A program made the position numbers and the translations under genes. Below are positions 35,891 to 49,491 of a DNA stretch of 64,000 nt, piece after piece. Position 1 is the first letter of the stretch. Every line of letters starts with the position of its first letter. The notes below the pieces were generated by a model, which made no database searches, was not told the origin of the DNA, and saw only the letters and a program-made list of their open reading frames with translations. Source of the stretch: Octopus sinensis. Taxonomy: Eukaryota. Where the stretch lies: positions 3,038,001-3,102,000 of the forward strand of contig NC_043021.1 in assembly GCF_006345805.1 (NCBI RefSeq). Direction: 5' to 3'.

Positions 35891-36276
35891 GAGTGGCTGT
35901 GTGGTAAGTAGCTTGCTTACGAACCACATGGTTCCGGGTTCAGTCCCACTGTGTGGCACCTTGGGCAAGTGTCTTCTACTATAGCCTCGGGCCAACCAAA
36001 GCCTTGTGAGTGGATTTGGTAAACGGAAACTGAAAGAAGCCCGTCGTATATATGTGTGTGTGTGTGTGTGTGCATTTGTGTGTCTGTGTTTGTCCCCCTA
36101 GCATTGCTTGACAACCGATGCTGGTGTGTTCATGTCCCCGTCACCTAGCGGTTCGGCAAAAGAGACTGATAAAATAAGTACTGGACTTACAAAGAATAAG
36201 TCCCGGGGTCGAGTTGCTCGATTTAAGGCTGTGCTCTAGTATGACCACAGTCAAATGACTGAAACAAGTAAAAGAG
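35891..36276 (+). mobile_element. SINE family A, near full length
   Basis: Head to gaaacaagtaaaagag tail. Confidence 0.9.
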
Positions 36277-36395
36277 ATTTAAAAAATTTTTTTCATTCAG
36301 TGGTTTGTAAAGGGCCACAGATAGCATTCAATTATATTGCCATTTCTTGTAATTCTGAAGTGTTGCACACCTTTATAAAACATACTTGGTAAATT

Positions 36396-36624
36396 GTAAC
36401 CATTTAACATTTAAATCGGGCCATAATTGGCTAAAATATTTTACCTGCTTTATATTCATACTGACCAGATCCACCCTCTCACACCTACTTGGCAATGTCA
36501 TTCTAAATATAAACAATCACACCATCGAAATCTCAAAGCTTACAGGTAAATGCATGATTAATTAAAAATGTGAATAAATAAGCATTACATATTTCACAGA
36601 GTGATCTGAATGTTAAAGGGTTAA
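36396..36624. mobile_element. piggyBac-like MITE (P1)
   Basis: Colinear with 17482-17695; ends aaagggTTAA. Confidence 0.65.
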
Positions 36625-36669
36625 CACTTAATTTATTGACTGGTTTTCCATGGTAAAACTATCCTTAAT

Positions 36670-36677
36670 TATTGTTC

Positions 36678-36723
<46 letters not shown>

Positions 36724-37050
36724 ATTATTAATTATTAATATTATTATTATTAATTATTAATATTATTATTAATTATTATTATTATTAATATTATTATTAA
36801 TTATTTTTATTATTAATTATTATTTTATTGTTGTTGTTGTGAGCTGGAAGAATCTTTAGCATGTATATAAAAAAAAATGCTTAGTTGCATTCATCCAGGC
36901 TCTTAACACCCCGAGTTCACATTCTGCCAAGGTCAACTTTGCCTTTCATCCTTTCAGGGTCAATGAAATAAGTACTAGTCAAGTGCTGGGGGTCAATAGA
37001 ATCAACCTACCCCTACCCTCAAAATTGCTGGCCTTGCACCAAAGTTAGAA
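36670..37050 (+). mobile_element. (ATT)n microsatellite followed by a degenerate family B SINE (36840-37050)
   Basis: ~160 bp ATT/AATT run, then gagctggaagaatc...gagttcacattctgccaaggtcaactttgcctttcatcc. Confidence 0.8.
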
Positions 37051-37399
37051 TTATTATTGTTATTTGTATTAAGAGAAGAGAGTGACAAACAGTAAATCAA
37101 AATATTTTATGTTCATTTCTATCTTAAGTTCATCTTTGGTTTGATCTTTCCTTTCCTCTGGAGAAGGAGTTGAACTATTTTAGTAATACCCGGAGAGAAC
37201 TTTAGCTGCATAAAAACCAGTGGGGGTTGCAGTAAGGTCTGTTTGTGCTGAGGAAAGCAACAAATTTCAATTTGATAAATTTGTATGCAACTTAATTATT
37301 ATTCTGGTCTGAAGATTTTTTTTTTTTTTTCATATGCATTTTTAGGCTTTGTCAGCTAATGGTGTCAAATTTTAATGAGAAAGAGTTGTCTTCGTCATC

Positions 37400-38350
37400 A
37401 TTTAATGTCTGTATTCTATGCTGGCATCTGTTGAAAGTTTGACAGGAACAGTCAAGTCAGATGACTACACCAAGAACTGTTGTCTGTTTCGGCATGGTTC
37501 CTATGGCTGGTTCCCCATCCTAAAACTAGCCACTACTTAGAGTGTACTGGGTGCTTTTTACATGGGACCAGCAGCAGTGAGGTTGCCAAGTACTTGCAAG
37601 ACAAGAACCCTCAACTGAGGGGGAGCAATATGGCGAGACAGAAAAGTGTCTTGCATTAGAAGAGTGATATGGTTAACTCTGATGAGGAGAGAAAAATGGT
37701 GAAGATGTAACAGAGATGGGGGAAGGTCTGCACATCCAAGTTACTGGAGTGAACTAGGGATTGCAGAGGATGGATAGGTGAGTGAGTTCACGAGATTGTG
37801 GAAGCTAGAGGTAAGAATAAGGGATTTGACAGGGGCATATAGGGTGCAGGTTGGTTGGTGGACCTGAGAATCTGGGGAAACTGCTCCTATGAGTCTATAT
37901 GACTAAAGAAGGTGCTTTGTTTTTTTTTATACGTCAGGTTGCTTACAACTGCATCGTCAATATACCAGCATTAATTAATTATTATCTCTTTTAAGTTCAT
38001 GCTCATGTACAATATTGTGTGAACAAGGGTTGTGAATGGAAAAATAGTAGAATACTCTGCATTATTTAGTTACATGTTTTCCAGTATTTGACTGAAAGCC
38101 ACATCCCTCAAATCTGCATCCCCAAATCCATCAAGGGGTTTTGTCTTGCAAGTTATTTGGTGACCATAAGTGCAGATGCCATGCAAACAGCACCCATTAC
38201 ACTGTCGTGGTTGACATTAGGAAGGGCATCCATTTACAGAAACCTTGCCAAAGCAGACATTGGAGCCTAATGCAGCTCTCTGATGAGCTGGGTCCTGTCA
38301 AACTGTCCAAACCCATACCCACATGGATTATAGACATGAAATGAGGATGA
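37400..38350. mobile_element. Two old family C elements in opposite orientations (37400-37880 minus; 38130-38350 plus)
   Basis: gtgtactgggtgctttttacatgggaccagc and ttaggaagggcatccatttacagaaacc motifs. Confidence 0.6.
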
Positions 38351-38731
38351 TTCTGAGTACAAATCCAACTAGGATGTGTTTGCCTTTTCTCCCATCAGGG
38401 GCAATAAAATAAGTACCGGTTATGTTCTGGAGTCAATTACATTAGTTACATTCCTACTACAAAGTATTTAGCTTGGTGCCAAAGTCAGAAATCATTATTA
38501 CTGTGCTAATAACCTAAGTATTAATAATAGGCAAAGGTTAATTCAACTGTGCCACTTGTTAAAAGTGGGGGGGTTTTGGCTCGATGAAAATGGATAATGG
38601 AGTCAAGATAATAAATGTCACATTTACGAAATGACAGCCATCCAGGATATTTTACTTTGATATTAGTCAAGAGTTTGTATATAATATTACCTAATTAATG
38701 AAACAAGAAGTAAACAAATGAAGAAAACATA

Positions 38732-38894
38732 GGCGCAGGAGTGGCTGTGTGGTAAGTAGCTTGCTAACCAACCACATGTTTCCGGGTTCAGTCCCACTGC
38801 GTGGCATCTTGGGCAAGTGTCTTCTGCTATAGCTCCGGGCCGACCAATGCCTTGTGAGTGGATTTGGTAGACGGAAACTGAAAGAAGCCTGTCG

Positions 38895-38900
<6 letters not shown>
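38732..38900 (+). mobile_element. SINE family A, 5' half
   Basis: ggcgcaggag head to cctgtcgtat, then TA run. Confidence 0.88.
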
Positions 38901-38926
<26 letters not shown>

Positions 38927-38929
<3 letters not shown>

Positions 38930-39117
38930 TCATCATCGTTTAACGTCCATTCTCCATGCTGGCATGGGTTGGACGGTTCGACCGGGGATCTGGGAAACCA
39001 GAAGGCTGCACCAGGCTCCAGTCTTATCTGGCAATGTTTCTACAGCTGGATGCCCTTCCTAACGCCAACCACTCCATGAGTGTAGTGGGTGCTTTTTACG
39101 TGCCACCTGCACAGGTG
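38927..39117 (-). mobile_element. RTE-tail element (family C) in the SINE A TA run
   Basis: (cat)n cgtttaacgtcc...gtgccacctgcacagg. Confidence 0.88.
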
Positions 39118-39519
39118 TGAAAAAAAATTAAAAAAACCAAATCTTATTTAAAAAAATAAATATATATAAGCAAAATCCTTGGTACAGTACTCTCTCTTCT
39201 TTCATTATATACTTTCTTCTTCTGTAGTAAAGGCAATGCTTATCTTCCTTTTAATGTTACTTCATTGAATAGGCTATCAAAATTCAAATAAGCATCAAAA
39301 TAATGATACATATTTGAATATTGTCTTTTTTTAAACTCTGTAGAGCAGTGCTCTGCAGACTGATCTGCCATGAGATGATGCTAGGTGTGCTGCAGTGTAA
39401 CCTGAATATAATTTTTTCCCTCATGCTTTTAGTTATATTTTCAGTTCAGGTGTGCCATTGAATTTTGAAAAGAATATAAGTGTACCGCAGTTAAAAAAGT
39501 TTATATATATATATATATA

Positions 39520-39724
39520 TGTGTGTGTTTGTGTTTGTCCCCCTAGCATTGCTTGACAACCGATGCTGGTGTGTTTACGTCCCCGTCACATAGTGGTTCG
39601 GTAAAAGAGACCGATAGAATAAGTACTGGGCTTACAAAGAATAAGTCCCGGGGTCGATTTGCTCGACTAAAGGCGGTGCTCCAGCATGGCCGCAGTCAAA
39701 TGACTGAAACAAGTAAAAGAGTAA
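39520..39724 (+). mobile_element. SINE family A, 3' half
   Basis: Second body plus gtaaaagagtaag tail. Confidence 0.9.
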
Positions 39725-40341
39725 GAAATGAAATCACATGGAATTTTAGGTTTCCGAAGTTGAACTTGCTCAGCTTATAATTCTGGGAATTGTTACAATA
39801 CCAAAAATGCTTAGAGTCAAGCAACAATAATGATAAGTAAATTTTCTTTTGCAGCTAATGTTGTTGTTTGTGGAATTATTGTTATGTGACTATTTACTCA
39901 TGTGTTTCTTTATCAGCAGGTTTTCCTCTGTGCTGCTGCATCTCTATGGATGTGTTGTGAAGCAGTGTTGAAAGGATGTACCAACTTGGATGTCTTGGCT
40001 GTTACAAGCCAGCCCTGACTGAGTCTATACACTGGACATGTACATTAATACTTGTCACAAGACAATACGGTAATTCTTTTGCTTTAGTAAGCTTACTTAC
40101 GTATTTGAAACTTTCTTCCCCCCCCCCTTATCAGAATCTTATTGATCATTCTTTCTGTATCTAAAGTATGTTAAATTTTCATTTGTGTGTGAATACCTGT
40201 GATTTGAGGGTTCAGATCAAGATTTGACTGGATGTTGTAGACAGGTAAAGCCTTGTTTGTAGTGTTTGGCAGTGATCTGCTTGCAGCATATTGACTACAA
40301 GCAAAGCTGCTTTATACTTTGTGTTTATTTTTTTACTTGAT

Positions 40342-40853
40342 ACTAGCAGTATCGCCCGGCGTTGCTCGGGTTTGTAAGGGAAATAACTATATAAGCATTT
40401 TTAGAGAGTTACTTCCCTTATAGATGCCAATTCGGGCTTTCTTAGCCATTTCTGTTTTGGTGTCTTCAAGCCATGAAGTCGTTGTTCTAAAAGAACGCTG
40501 GTCTCCTTGACAACGCTTTACGACGTTGATTTCCTTACACTCCCTTCCCCACAGCTTCACGAGGGAGGGAAGAAGGGGGAGAAGCAAACAGGTGCAGGTG
40601 TGACCATGGACGCCAACTCCGCCGCCATCGACACACGAAAAATTATGCATTAAAATGGAATAAAAAATGTTAAATTATTTTTAAAATCATAGACTCATTG
40701 TTGACGCGCGCTAATACCCAGACGGGCTCGATATGAATCACGACTATAAGATGCCCGAATTTGGTTAAACTGCACCGCAAAATGTGGGAGGAGTTAGGAA
40801 TCTAAATCGAAGGGGACAGACACTCACACAACTACAGTTTTATATATATAGAT
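40342..40853 (+). mobile_element. Non-autonomous Helitron/Helentron-like element
   Basis: actagcagtatcgcccggcgttgctcggg...acagacactcacacaactacagttttatatatatagat; termini match 2601-3002. Confidence 0.65.
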
Positions 40854-42342
40854 TTGGAGACTATCAGGTTTGCAGAGACATAGCAAATCTTCATTAAAAC
40901 CTCTCACACCTCTGAAAATGCAAATTGCTGGTCTTATACTACGAGGAGTTTCTTACAGTTTATTATGTGTGTATATTCCTTCCATAGGTAAAATACAATA
41001 ATCTACATGATTCAAACTATATAGCTGAATTACAGGTATTATCTCAGTTTTGCGAATCTTGTTTGAAAGTTGAGATTTTGATGAAATGCAGTTCGTCTCA
41101 AGCGAAACTTTTCCAAAATAATTATTGCATGAATTTGTATGAGAAGTGGTGATAGGATTGATGGTTATTGGTGTACATTGTGAATGTGGGTTTTTTTTAT
41201 TTATTGTCATGTTACTTTACAGAGAAGTGAATTCCATGGAGCTATTTTCATATATATTTGCAAGATGGTGATTCCTGGGCATCAATTTCCTATCTCCGAA
41301 ATGAATTTTATGTTCCATTAGTTTCTGTAACTGGGAAGCTGCACAATTCCATTTAAAAAAAGGGCATTCTGAGATATGCCTTAAATCTTCATTCAAAGGT
41401 TTTGATGTGTTATGTTACTAATGAAGTATTACTCATATTTCAATAATTCAACCCCCCCTACACACATATGCTCACCAGTATGCAGAGACCCTACATATAA
41501 AATGAGTAAAATTTTTTTTTTTTTTAAAGTCCTTTCTATTTGCTAATGAATGCATTAATGCTGTGATCAACATATGTGGTCACTGCACACTTTCACAATC
41601 AATAAGTCCCTATTTAAACTCCATACTGGTGTATATGGATGACATTGAAATACCACCGAAATACCATCAAATCTGAGCTCTCTAATTAACTCATTAATAA
41701 ATAATTATAACTGGATATATTTATTCTTAATACAGTCTGGTAGCTTCAGACATAAATATGTTAATCACCGTTGTATTTTGTCAGTGGAGAATAACACTTC
41801 CTCTCAGAACAAATGTGTATTCATAACATACTCGAGTAAAGGGACTTTGACTTTTTGTGTTGGAACGCCAGTGTTTCAACCTTGTTGTGTCTCTTCAACC
41901 AAAGCTACCTGGACCAATGAATTTAAATGAGTTTTTGTTCTCATTTATCGGATTTAGCAAATAAAACATTTGCTGATGTTTGCCAGCTGGTAATAAATTG
42001 TCTTGCGTACAGTGAACAAGAACCATAATGATGACATAAATATTTGTTCTGAATTGTGTTTTGGTAGATTGGAATGGGAATATGCTAATCACTGGTGTAT
42101 TTCATCATTGGAGGAGAATGTCTCCTTTCAGGCAAATGTGTGTTCATAACACTCTTGATTCATGATGCATACAGGGAATTGAGTGTGTTATAACTAAACA
42201 GTCATTTGAAAGAAGTCGTTCTCCAATGACAAAATACAATAGCAATTAGCATACTCACATTCAAATCTGCTGGAAAGTATTATGAATATGTATGTCACAG
42301 TTATGATTCTGGCTGACCACCATGCACATGATTAATTAAGCC

Positions 42343-42375
<33 letters not shown>

Positions 42376-42729
42376 CATATTCTATCTCTCTCTCCTATCT
42401 TTTTTCTTTTCAAAGAAAATATTGCTCCATTGTTCACTATTTTACCCTCATTCTGGTCTAACAACCCTCCATATTTGTTTCTGTTCCCAACTCTGACCCT
42501 CCATAAATCCCAAATTTTTATTTATATATTTATGGGAACAACTGTCTCTGAAGACTCATTATGTCGTTCAATGCTCGAAATGAGGTGTAGGTAGACAGCC
42601 AACGACTGATGAAGGGTCGTTCTTTATGTTACTTGTCCTGTTTTCCATTTGTTTCTCTCGTTGTTTGTGTATTCAAGTAATTTGTTTTTGTATTTCATGT
42701 TGTTTACTGTTGGTGACGGTCCTGCACTC

Positions 42730-42788
42730 ATATATGCATGTGTATGTATATGTGTGTATATAATTGTGTATGTGTGCATGTATATGTG

Positions 42789-42830
<42 letters not shown>

Positions 42831-43160
42831 ATATATATATATGGGTATATATGTGTGTATAACTGTGTGTGTATATATATGTATGTATATATATATATAT
42901 TTGTATATATATGTATGTATATATATATATTTGTATATATATGTATGTATATATATATATATTTGTATATATATGTGTGTGTGTGTGTGTGTATATATAT
43001 ATGTATATGTATGTGTATATGTATGTGTATATGTGTGTGTATGTATATATGTATCTATGTATATGTGTGTGTATGTATATATGCATATATATATGTGTGT
43101 ATGTATATGTGTGTGTGTATGTATATATATGTATATATATATATGTATGTGGGTGTGTAT
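42730..43160. repeat. Compound TA/TG microsatellite
   Basis: Visible dinucleotide mosaic. Confidence 0.95.
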
Positions 43161-44536
43161 GGTATTTATTCTAGTGCTCTATATAACTCTACTAATCTTG
43201 ATTGATTATATATATCAGCACAATACCAGAGAAATTACCAACGGAATGGGGTGATGGCCTCCAGATGTGATTAGAACTTTGTGAATACAGGCATGGCTGC
43301 AACTAAGAAGTTTGCTTCACAATGACGCGGCTTCAGGTTCCTTTCCAGTGTGAATGGCATATTGTTACCTCAGATCAGCACAAGTGTTGTGTGTGAAATG
43401 GGGTTAACAGAAACAGTGTGGTGGTCCGCTTCATATTTATTGGTGGTGAGAGGTAAACTTTGTCCCCTATTTTAATGTTGCTGCCACCAAATGACCCTTG
43501 GCTGCTTTTAGCAGATTCTTTTCTTTTCTGAGGATAATTTGATATCACATACCCCCACTGTCTGAAGAGACCCTGAAATAGATCAGGAGCAGTGCCCTTC
43601 CTTTTTCTTCTGATAAAACTTTAAAAAGAAGATTCTTGTCCACATTGTGATTTTTAATGTTTCGAACACAGTCTAGACTGCTAAGACATTTATAGTTCCT
43701 AAAAGTTGTGACCAAATGTTTAGTTTACTCCTGTGCTATAATCAGTGTGAACAGAACCAGCTGGAATTATCCTACTACTTCTACTATCATGCAACTCTTA
43801 ATCTTTTGGAATAGTTTGATATTTACTCTGTTTCTTTTACTAAAACACAAACACCCCCCCTTAACCAACTTTGGTTAGTATTTTACTGCTTCAGCTGACA
43901 ACTTGGGCTATTAGCTTTCACAAAACATTGGAGAAGTTAAGAAAAAATACAATTTCTCTCTCTCTCTCTCTCTCTCTCTCTACATTATAATAGCAACTAT
44001 AATATAATCCTCACCCTCTCCACTTTTATTTTCCTGAGTTGTACTATCCAGTGGTATTACCAGGCTGTCATCTGCAATCCCTCTTAACCCCCTTAAATAT
44101 TTGACCTAAATAACTCCTGGAAAATTCTCATTGTATAATGTGAGTGTTGTGGTGGGAATACCAGAGGCTCCACCACACTTATACTAGTCATTCTGTAGTG
44201 TTGTTTTCAAGTAAACTGTCTTTCAACAGGCTCTTACTCTTAACAGTTCATATTTTCTATTTACATAAACCTAGCTGACTGATAATTTAACACACATACA
44301 AAGTTCATTGTGATATTTTGCTTATAGAATACTCAGTTTCTAGGCAAGACAGTTTCATTATCACCATCACCATATGTCTGTTTTCCAGGCTGGCATGGGT
44401 TGGACTGTTTGACAGGAGTTGGCAATCCAGAAGATTGCACCTGGTTTCACTGTCATTTTAGCATGGCTTTTATAGCTGGAGTTCATTCCTAATGCCAGCC
44501 ACCTTGCACAAACAAAAATTTTAGTTTTCTTTTCAA

Positions 44537-44756
44537 CCCTTTAGACACCAACCTGGCTGAAACCAGCTCTGGCTCTGTAGTACAAATGTCTCATTTTCAT
44601 AAGTTTTGAATTAAAATCTTTCACCAGACCTTAGTCACAATTTATGTTCCTAACACTAGCTTAATGATAACCAAGTTATTTTACTAAATTCTTTGTTATA
44701 TTTAAAATAATTGAAAGAAACACAGAGCATCTCAAAATAAATACAGTAACGAAAGG
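44537..44756. mobile_element. piggyBac-like MITE (P2)
   Basis: Reverse-complement homolog of 49274-49491; ccctttagacacc...gtaacgaaagg. Confidence 0.7.
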
Positions 44757-45157
44757 TTTAAGCCATTTCACTTCATTTGCAAAGGCATGTGACCTATTGC
44801 GTCAAATGCATCTTTTCACTTGAGCCTTGTAACTTAGTCAAAAGAGGCTTAAGTAATACTTAAGCTGGCCCATTTTACCATGAGCTTACATGGTAACACT
44901 GAGTCACTCTCTTGACCTTGCTTGCCCAAAATGTTTTCATGTTTGTCCTAAATGTCCATGCTGTTTTCAGACTTTTAGTTAGCCCTTGTTTCGTACATTG
45001 AGAAATGTAAAGCTTTCCCTTCATATGTCATAAGTCCCGAGTGGTTGGGGGGAAAAAAATGGCAATGTGTATGACATGTAGAGGACAGACAAGGGATTTC
45101 ATGTCAATTTGTTCCACAATTAAGCTCGTCCTTTACATTTATCACAGTGTGTGTGTA

Positions 45158-46047
45158 TTGGGTCATCCCATAAATAATGCGATTTTTTAATACTTCTTTT
45201 ATTTTTCAAAATTAAGATAAACAAAGTTCTATTTTAATCTAAAATATACCCTCCGTCATTTTCTACACTATTCTTCCAAAATTCACTTGTTTGTGATGAA
45301 AAGTACTCCTCCAGTACTGTTCTGACCTCATCTACAGAATTCATATTTTTTCCGTCCAAATGACTTTGAAGACTGTGGAATAAATGATAATCAAATGGAG
45401 CAATGTCTGGTGAATATGGTGGGTGGGGCATTGTTTCCCATTCAAATTGCCCCAGCTTTTGGAATGTCATCCTCGCTGTATGTGGCTGAGCATTATCCTG
45501 ATGGAAGAATACCTTTTGTCTTGAGACCAAAGATGGTCATTTTTCTTCTAGTGCTGGTGTCGATGACTGGTTAAATGACCAAATCCAAGCTTCTCTGCTG
45601 GTTCCTCAACAGTTATGATGAGATTTTGTTCCACCAGGGTTTGCAGGATGTCCTTGTCGAACTTTACAGAATTTCCAGGACAATGCTCATCTTCTAGGCT
45701 GTAGTTTCCGGCTAGAATTTCTGGAACCACCATTGACACTGGCTTACAGTTATTGTCTGATACCCATATACCTCATTAATATTCCTTGCACTTTCTGTTG
45801 TGTTGTTGCCTTTATTGAACTCATAAAGCAAAATATGCCAAATATGCTCCTTTGTCACTACCTTTATTGCTTTGAAAAAATAACTGTTAAAATCAAACTG
45901 CACTCTTCAAAACTTGCACTAAGAATAAGTACAAGATAAAATTACTACTTGCTTTACTAACAAGTTGATGCAGGTAGTTTATTTCCTCCCCCTCCAAATT
46001 TTAGTTCATGCAATTGAAAAGTCCACATTATTTATGGTGTGACCCTT
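45158..46047 (-). mobile_element. mariner (DD34D) DNA transposon, internally deleted
   Basis: Imperfect TIRs ttgggtcatcccataaataatgc / cacattatttatggtgtgaccc, TA flanks, transposase remnants inside. Confidence 0.9.
45234..45868 (-). pseudogene. mariner transposase pseudogene (Hsmar1/SETMAR-like)
   Basis: N-terminal HTH KEHIWHILLYEFNKGNNTTESARNINEVYG...WWFQKF; C-terminal FHQDNAQPH and PHPPYSPDIAPFDYHLF motifs; frameshifts; WVPHEL and TGDEKW region missing. Confidence 0.9.
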
Positions 46048-47149
46048 ATATATATACACACATACACATACGTGTGTGTGCATACACACATTCACACATG
46101 CATATAAACAAATTATTTGCTAGCTCTGTGCTTTTGGAAGATGTATAACTGCTATGGGTTTACAAAAGGAAGGCAGAAAAATACTTGAATATATATTCTT
46201 CTAACCCATGCTAACATGGGGGAATGGATGTAAAAATAAACAAATGTTTGTGTGTGTGCATGTGTGTTAAACCTCAATAGATCATTGTTACATAGCTCCA
46301 AGTTTTGAGATATGTTGTCATTGACATGGAGTTTTGTACTATTTGTAACCTATTATTGTTTTACAATTAGTGTGTTTCAGCTAATTAATTACCAAGTGTC
46401 TTCTTGTATAAAATACGGGGAAGCCAACCAGTTGAATCATTCCTTATAGTTGCAAATTTTTTTTTTTTTTTAATTCAGTAATCTATTTACAGCATTGTAC
46501 TTTGTAAACGATATTCTATTGTTTTGATTGAGAGGGGGGGGGGAGAAACTGCACCCAACAAGTTGAATACTAAACAAAACTCCATTCTGTCGTTGCATTT
46601 TACTGCTCATGATTGAGGCGTTTAATTATTGCTAGCTCAGTACACCAAGCTGTAAATAGATACCAGGGCTTTACTCTCATTCGTCTATTTGTGTTAGCAT
46701 CGTGTACTATATCATTTTTAATATTCAGCTCAAAACTTCGCATGACATGAACAAAATCTACAAAAGATCACTGCTCTATCAAGGAAAGGAAGTGTCTCAT
46801 TGACTCAGCAATGCTTTGAAAACTTGAGATAAGATTCAGTACACTACATTGGTACTTCCAGCAGTGGTGATGTATAAAAAGATATGTCTGATTGTTGTTT
46901 TTAAAGTACTTTTATGTTAGCAACCTACTATCATCATCATTATCATGTCCACTTTTCCATGTTTGCATGGATCAAATGGAATTTGGTAAGATGGATTTCT
47001 CTACAGCTGGATGCTCTTCCAGTCACCCACCCTCACTTGCTTCCTCATCACCATATATTTCCATGGAAGATTGGTGACTAAGGACACCATTTGCAGGATG
47101 GTGACAACTATCACATGACGTGAAGAGCAAGGAGACTAACACATGCATA

Positions 47150-47529
47150 CACTTGCGTCAGAAATTAATTAGCACTTCTCAAATTTCTACATTAAATAGG
47201 TTAAATCAATTAACCTATGAGCTGTTCAAAACGTCTTACGCGATGAGAAAACTTAGTATGGTGTGATTTCGGTCCTTGCGAGGCGCTACCTATATCTATT
47301 AAACAAAGGAAGATTTGTCTGCATCCGCACTCCAAGTTGTTGTTGCACTGCTATGTCAACATCATAAGGCTGTAGACTCTCAAACTGCTCTGCAAACAAA
47401 GTTACGTCATCGTTCTGCACAACAGTGAACTCGCAACAAAGCAATAGTTCGAGATATGGCCACTAGGTGACAGCACATACCTTGAGTGAAGAGCAAATCA
47501 AGGGTGCTAATTAATTTCTGACGGTAGTG
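47150..47529. mobile_element. Tc1/mariner-type MITE (380 bp)
   Basis: ~26 bp TIR cact(tg/ac)cgtcagaaattaattagcac; TA at 47148-47149 and 47530-47531. Confidence 0.85.
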
Positions 47530-48116
47530 TACATATATATACATACATACACATGCATATACATGACAGGCTTTCAGTTTCTGCCTACCAAATGCACTCA
47601 GAAGGCTTTGGTTGGCCTGGGGCTATAGTAGAAGACATTACCCAAGGTGCCATTCTGTGGGACTGTACCTGAAACCATGTGATGGGAAGCAAATTTATCA
47701 CACAGCCATGTCTGCACCTATAAGTTCAGACATAGGTTAGCTTCGACTCAGTAGTATTGGCAGCAGATGTATGGTATTTTGTAGGAAATGAAAAATTATG
47801 ACATTTTCATACTGATGATTTTCCAAATAACAAGCAATGTACTTTCTAGCTATAGTTTAAACTCAATGATGCATGCAATATTATTGAATTTTAACATTTT
47901 GGAAAGAACACCAAGAAACTTAGTCTTTCTGTTGAGTCAATAAAGACACATTAGAAAAAGACAAAGGGACACTTTTTGCTTGTCGAATCTGCTCCAGGCT
48001 TTGGTCAGTCTAGGGTTATAGTAGAAGCCCAAACAAAGTGGTGTTCAATGGACTGAACTCTCTGGACAACATTGTTGGGAAGCAAGCTTCTCATCCACAC
48101 GACCATTTCTGCACCG

Positions 48117-48118
<2 letters not shown>

Positions 48119-48208
<90 letters not shown>
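48119..48208. repeat. (TC)n microsatellite inside a decayed SINE A
   Basis: ~90 bp pure TC run. Confidence 0.95.
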
Positions 48209-48213
<5 letters not shown>

Positions 48214-48539
48214 CCCACACACAAAATAAATTTTTGTTGTTGTTTAGCCCAGATCAAACCTACCTCTTACAAAAGATGTTCCAGCTGTGGCCATGTCTTT
48301 TTGTGTCTCAGAATCATTGTCCAAATGTCCTTTCTTTTTCATGATGATAGTGTGATGTAAGGGAGCTTTGGTTGCTTAGCCCCAAATTAGCTCTGATATG
48401 GTAAAAGTGTATTCTTGCCATAACTAGTTTATTTGTATATTAGGGACTGCATGTTTGCTGCTACTGCTTGATGAGGCTGGGGGCATCCCAGGTTAGTGGT
48501 CACAGATGTCATCATATGTAGAACTGACCAGATCTGCCA

Positions 48540-48730
48540 TCACTGGCAAACCTGTTCCAGCCCCTCTGGAGACCTTCCCCAATCATGAACTACCAGGGCT
48601 TTACTCTCATTCGACGCAGCAGCTGCGGGCTGGAAGAGGCCTTGTAGCAGGCCCCACTCCAGATGGCTGGACATGATGTGGAAAGATCTCCAGAGGCTCA
48701 GTACCACCTTGAAGGAAGATATTAAAGACT
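48540..48730 (+). pseudogene. RTE-clade LINE ORF2 C-terminal remnant
   Basis: TRALLSFDAAAAGWKRPCSRPHSRWLDMMWKDLQRL resembles the RTE WKRPRGRP..RW.D...KDL motif. Confidence 0.6.
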
Positions 48731-49273
48731 GTAGTTTGTTCTTTTTCTAACAGCATAAATAAAGATAGTTTCATTTGTAGACTTTAATGTACATAATAGA
48801 TATTGTAGCTATATGACAGGAATTTACTTCATTGAACTTATTAAAATCAAGATTCCTAAACCCCTCCTTTAATTCTGAACTTCAGATTCAATTACACAAT
48901 TACATAAATTGAATGAAAGTTTAAATCTGTCAACAGTGATATAATTAACTCTTTTATATGCAGGGTCTTGAATGATCATAGTCTTAAGTTTTAAATTGAA
49001 TCAGTATCATTCAACATGTTTAATAACGTACTTGAGTTTTCAAATATGTTGAACTTTGAGTGAATGATTACATGTAAAAAAAAAATTTTAAAAAAGGAAA
49101 AAAAAAACCCAGTTGATTTTAAGTGACTAACAAACAATATTGGAAGAGAACTTTTTTGACTGAAAACTCAAAACAATCTCACTTTGAGTTGACAGTCATG
49201 CTAGATTTTTTGGTCTTCTCACAAGGCATCCATGTTTTGTTGGATATAATGATTACCTTTTGAGAGGTATTAA

Positions 49274-49491
49274 TCCTTTCGTTACTGTATTTATTTTGAG
49301 AGACTCGGTGTTTCTTTCAATTACTTTAAATATAACAAAGAATTTAGTAAAATAACTTATTTATCATTTAGCTACTGTTAGGAACATAAATTGTGACTAC
49401 GGTTTGGTGGGAGATTGTAATTCAAAACTTATGAAACCAAGACTTGTACTTAGATCCAGAGCCGGTTTCAGCCGGGTTGGTAACAAAAGGG
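49274..49491. mobile_element. piggyBac-like MITE (P2) with TTAA TSD
   Basis: TTAA at 49270-49273 and 49492-49495. Confidence 0.75.

Noticed and set aside
39920-40069. Plus-strand exon candidate with LRR-like VLKGCTNLDVLAV
   Set aside because: Stop codons in all three frames before the donor
42541-42620. Hammerhead-like motif ctgtct-CTGAAGA...GAAA...agacag followed by an aacgac-tgatgaagg-gtcgtt hairpin
   Set aside because: Stem I pairs, but stem III does not form and the base before the cleavage position is G rather than U; at best a decayed Penelope-like remnant
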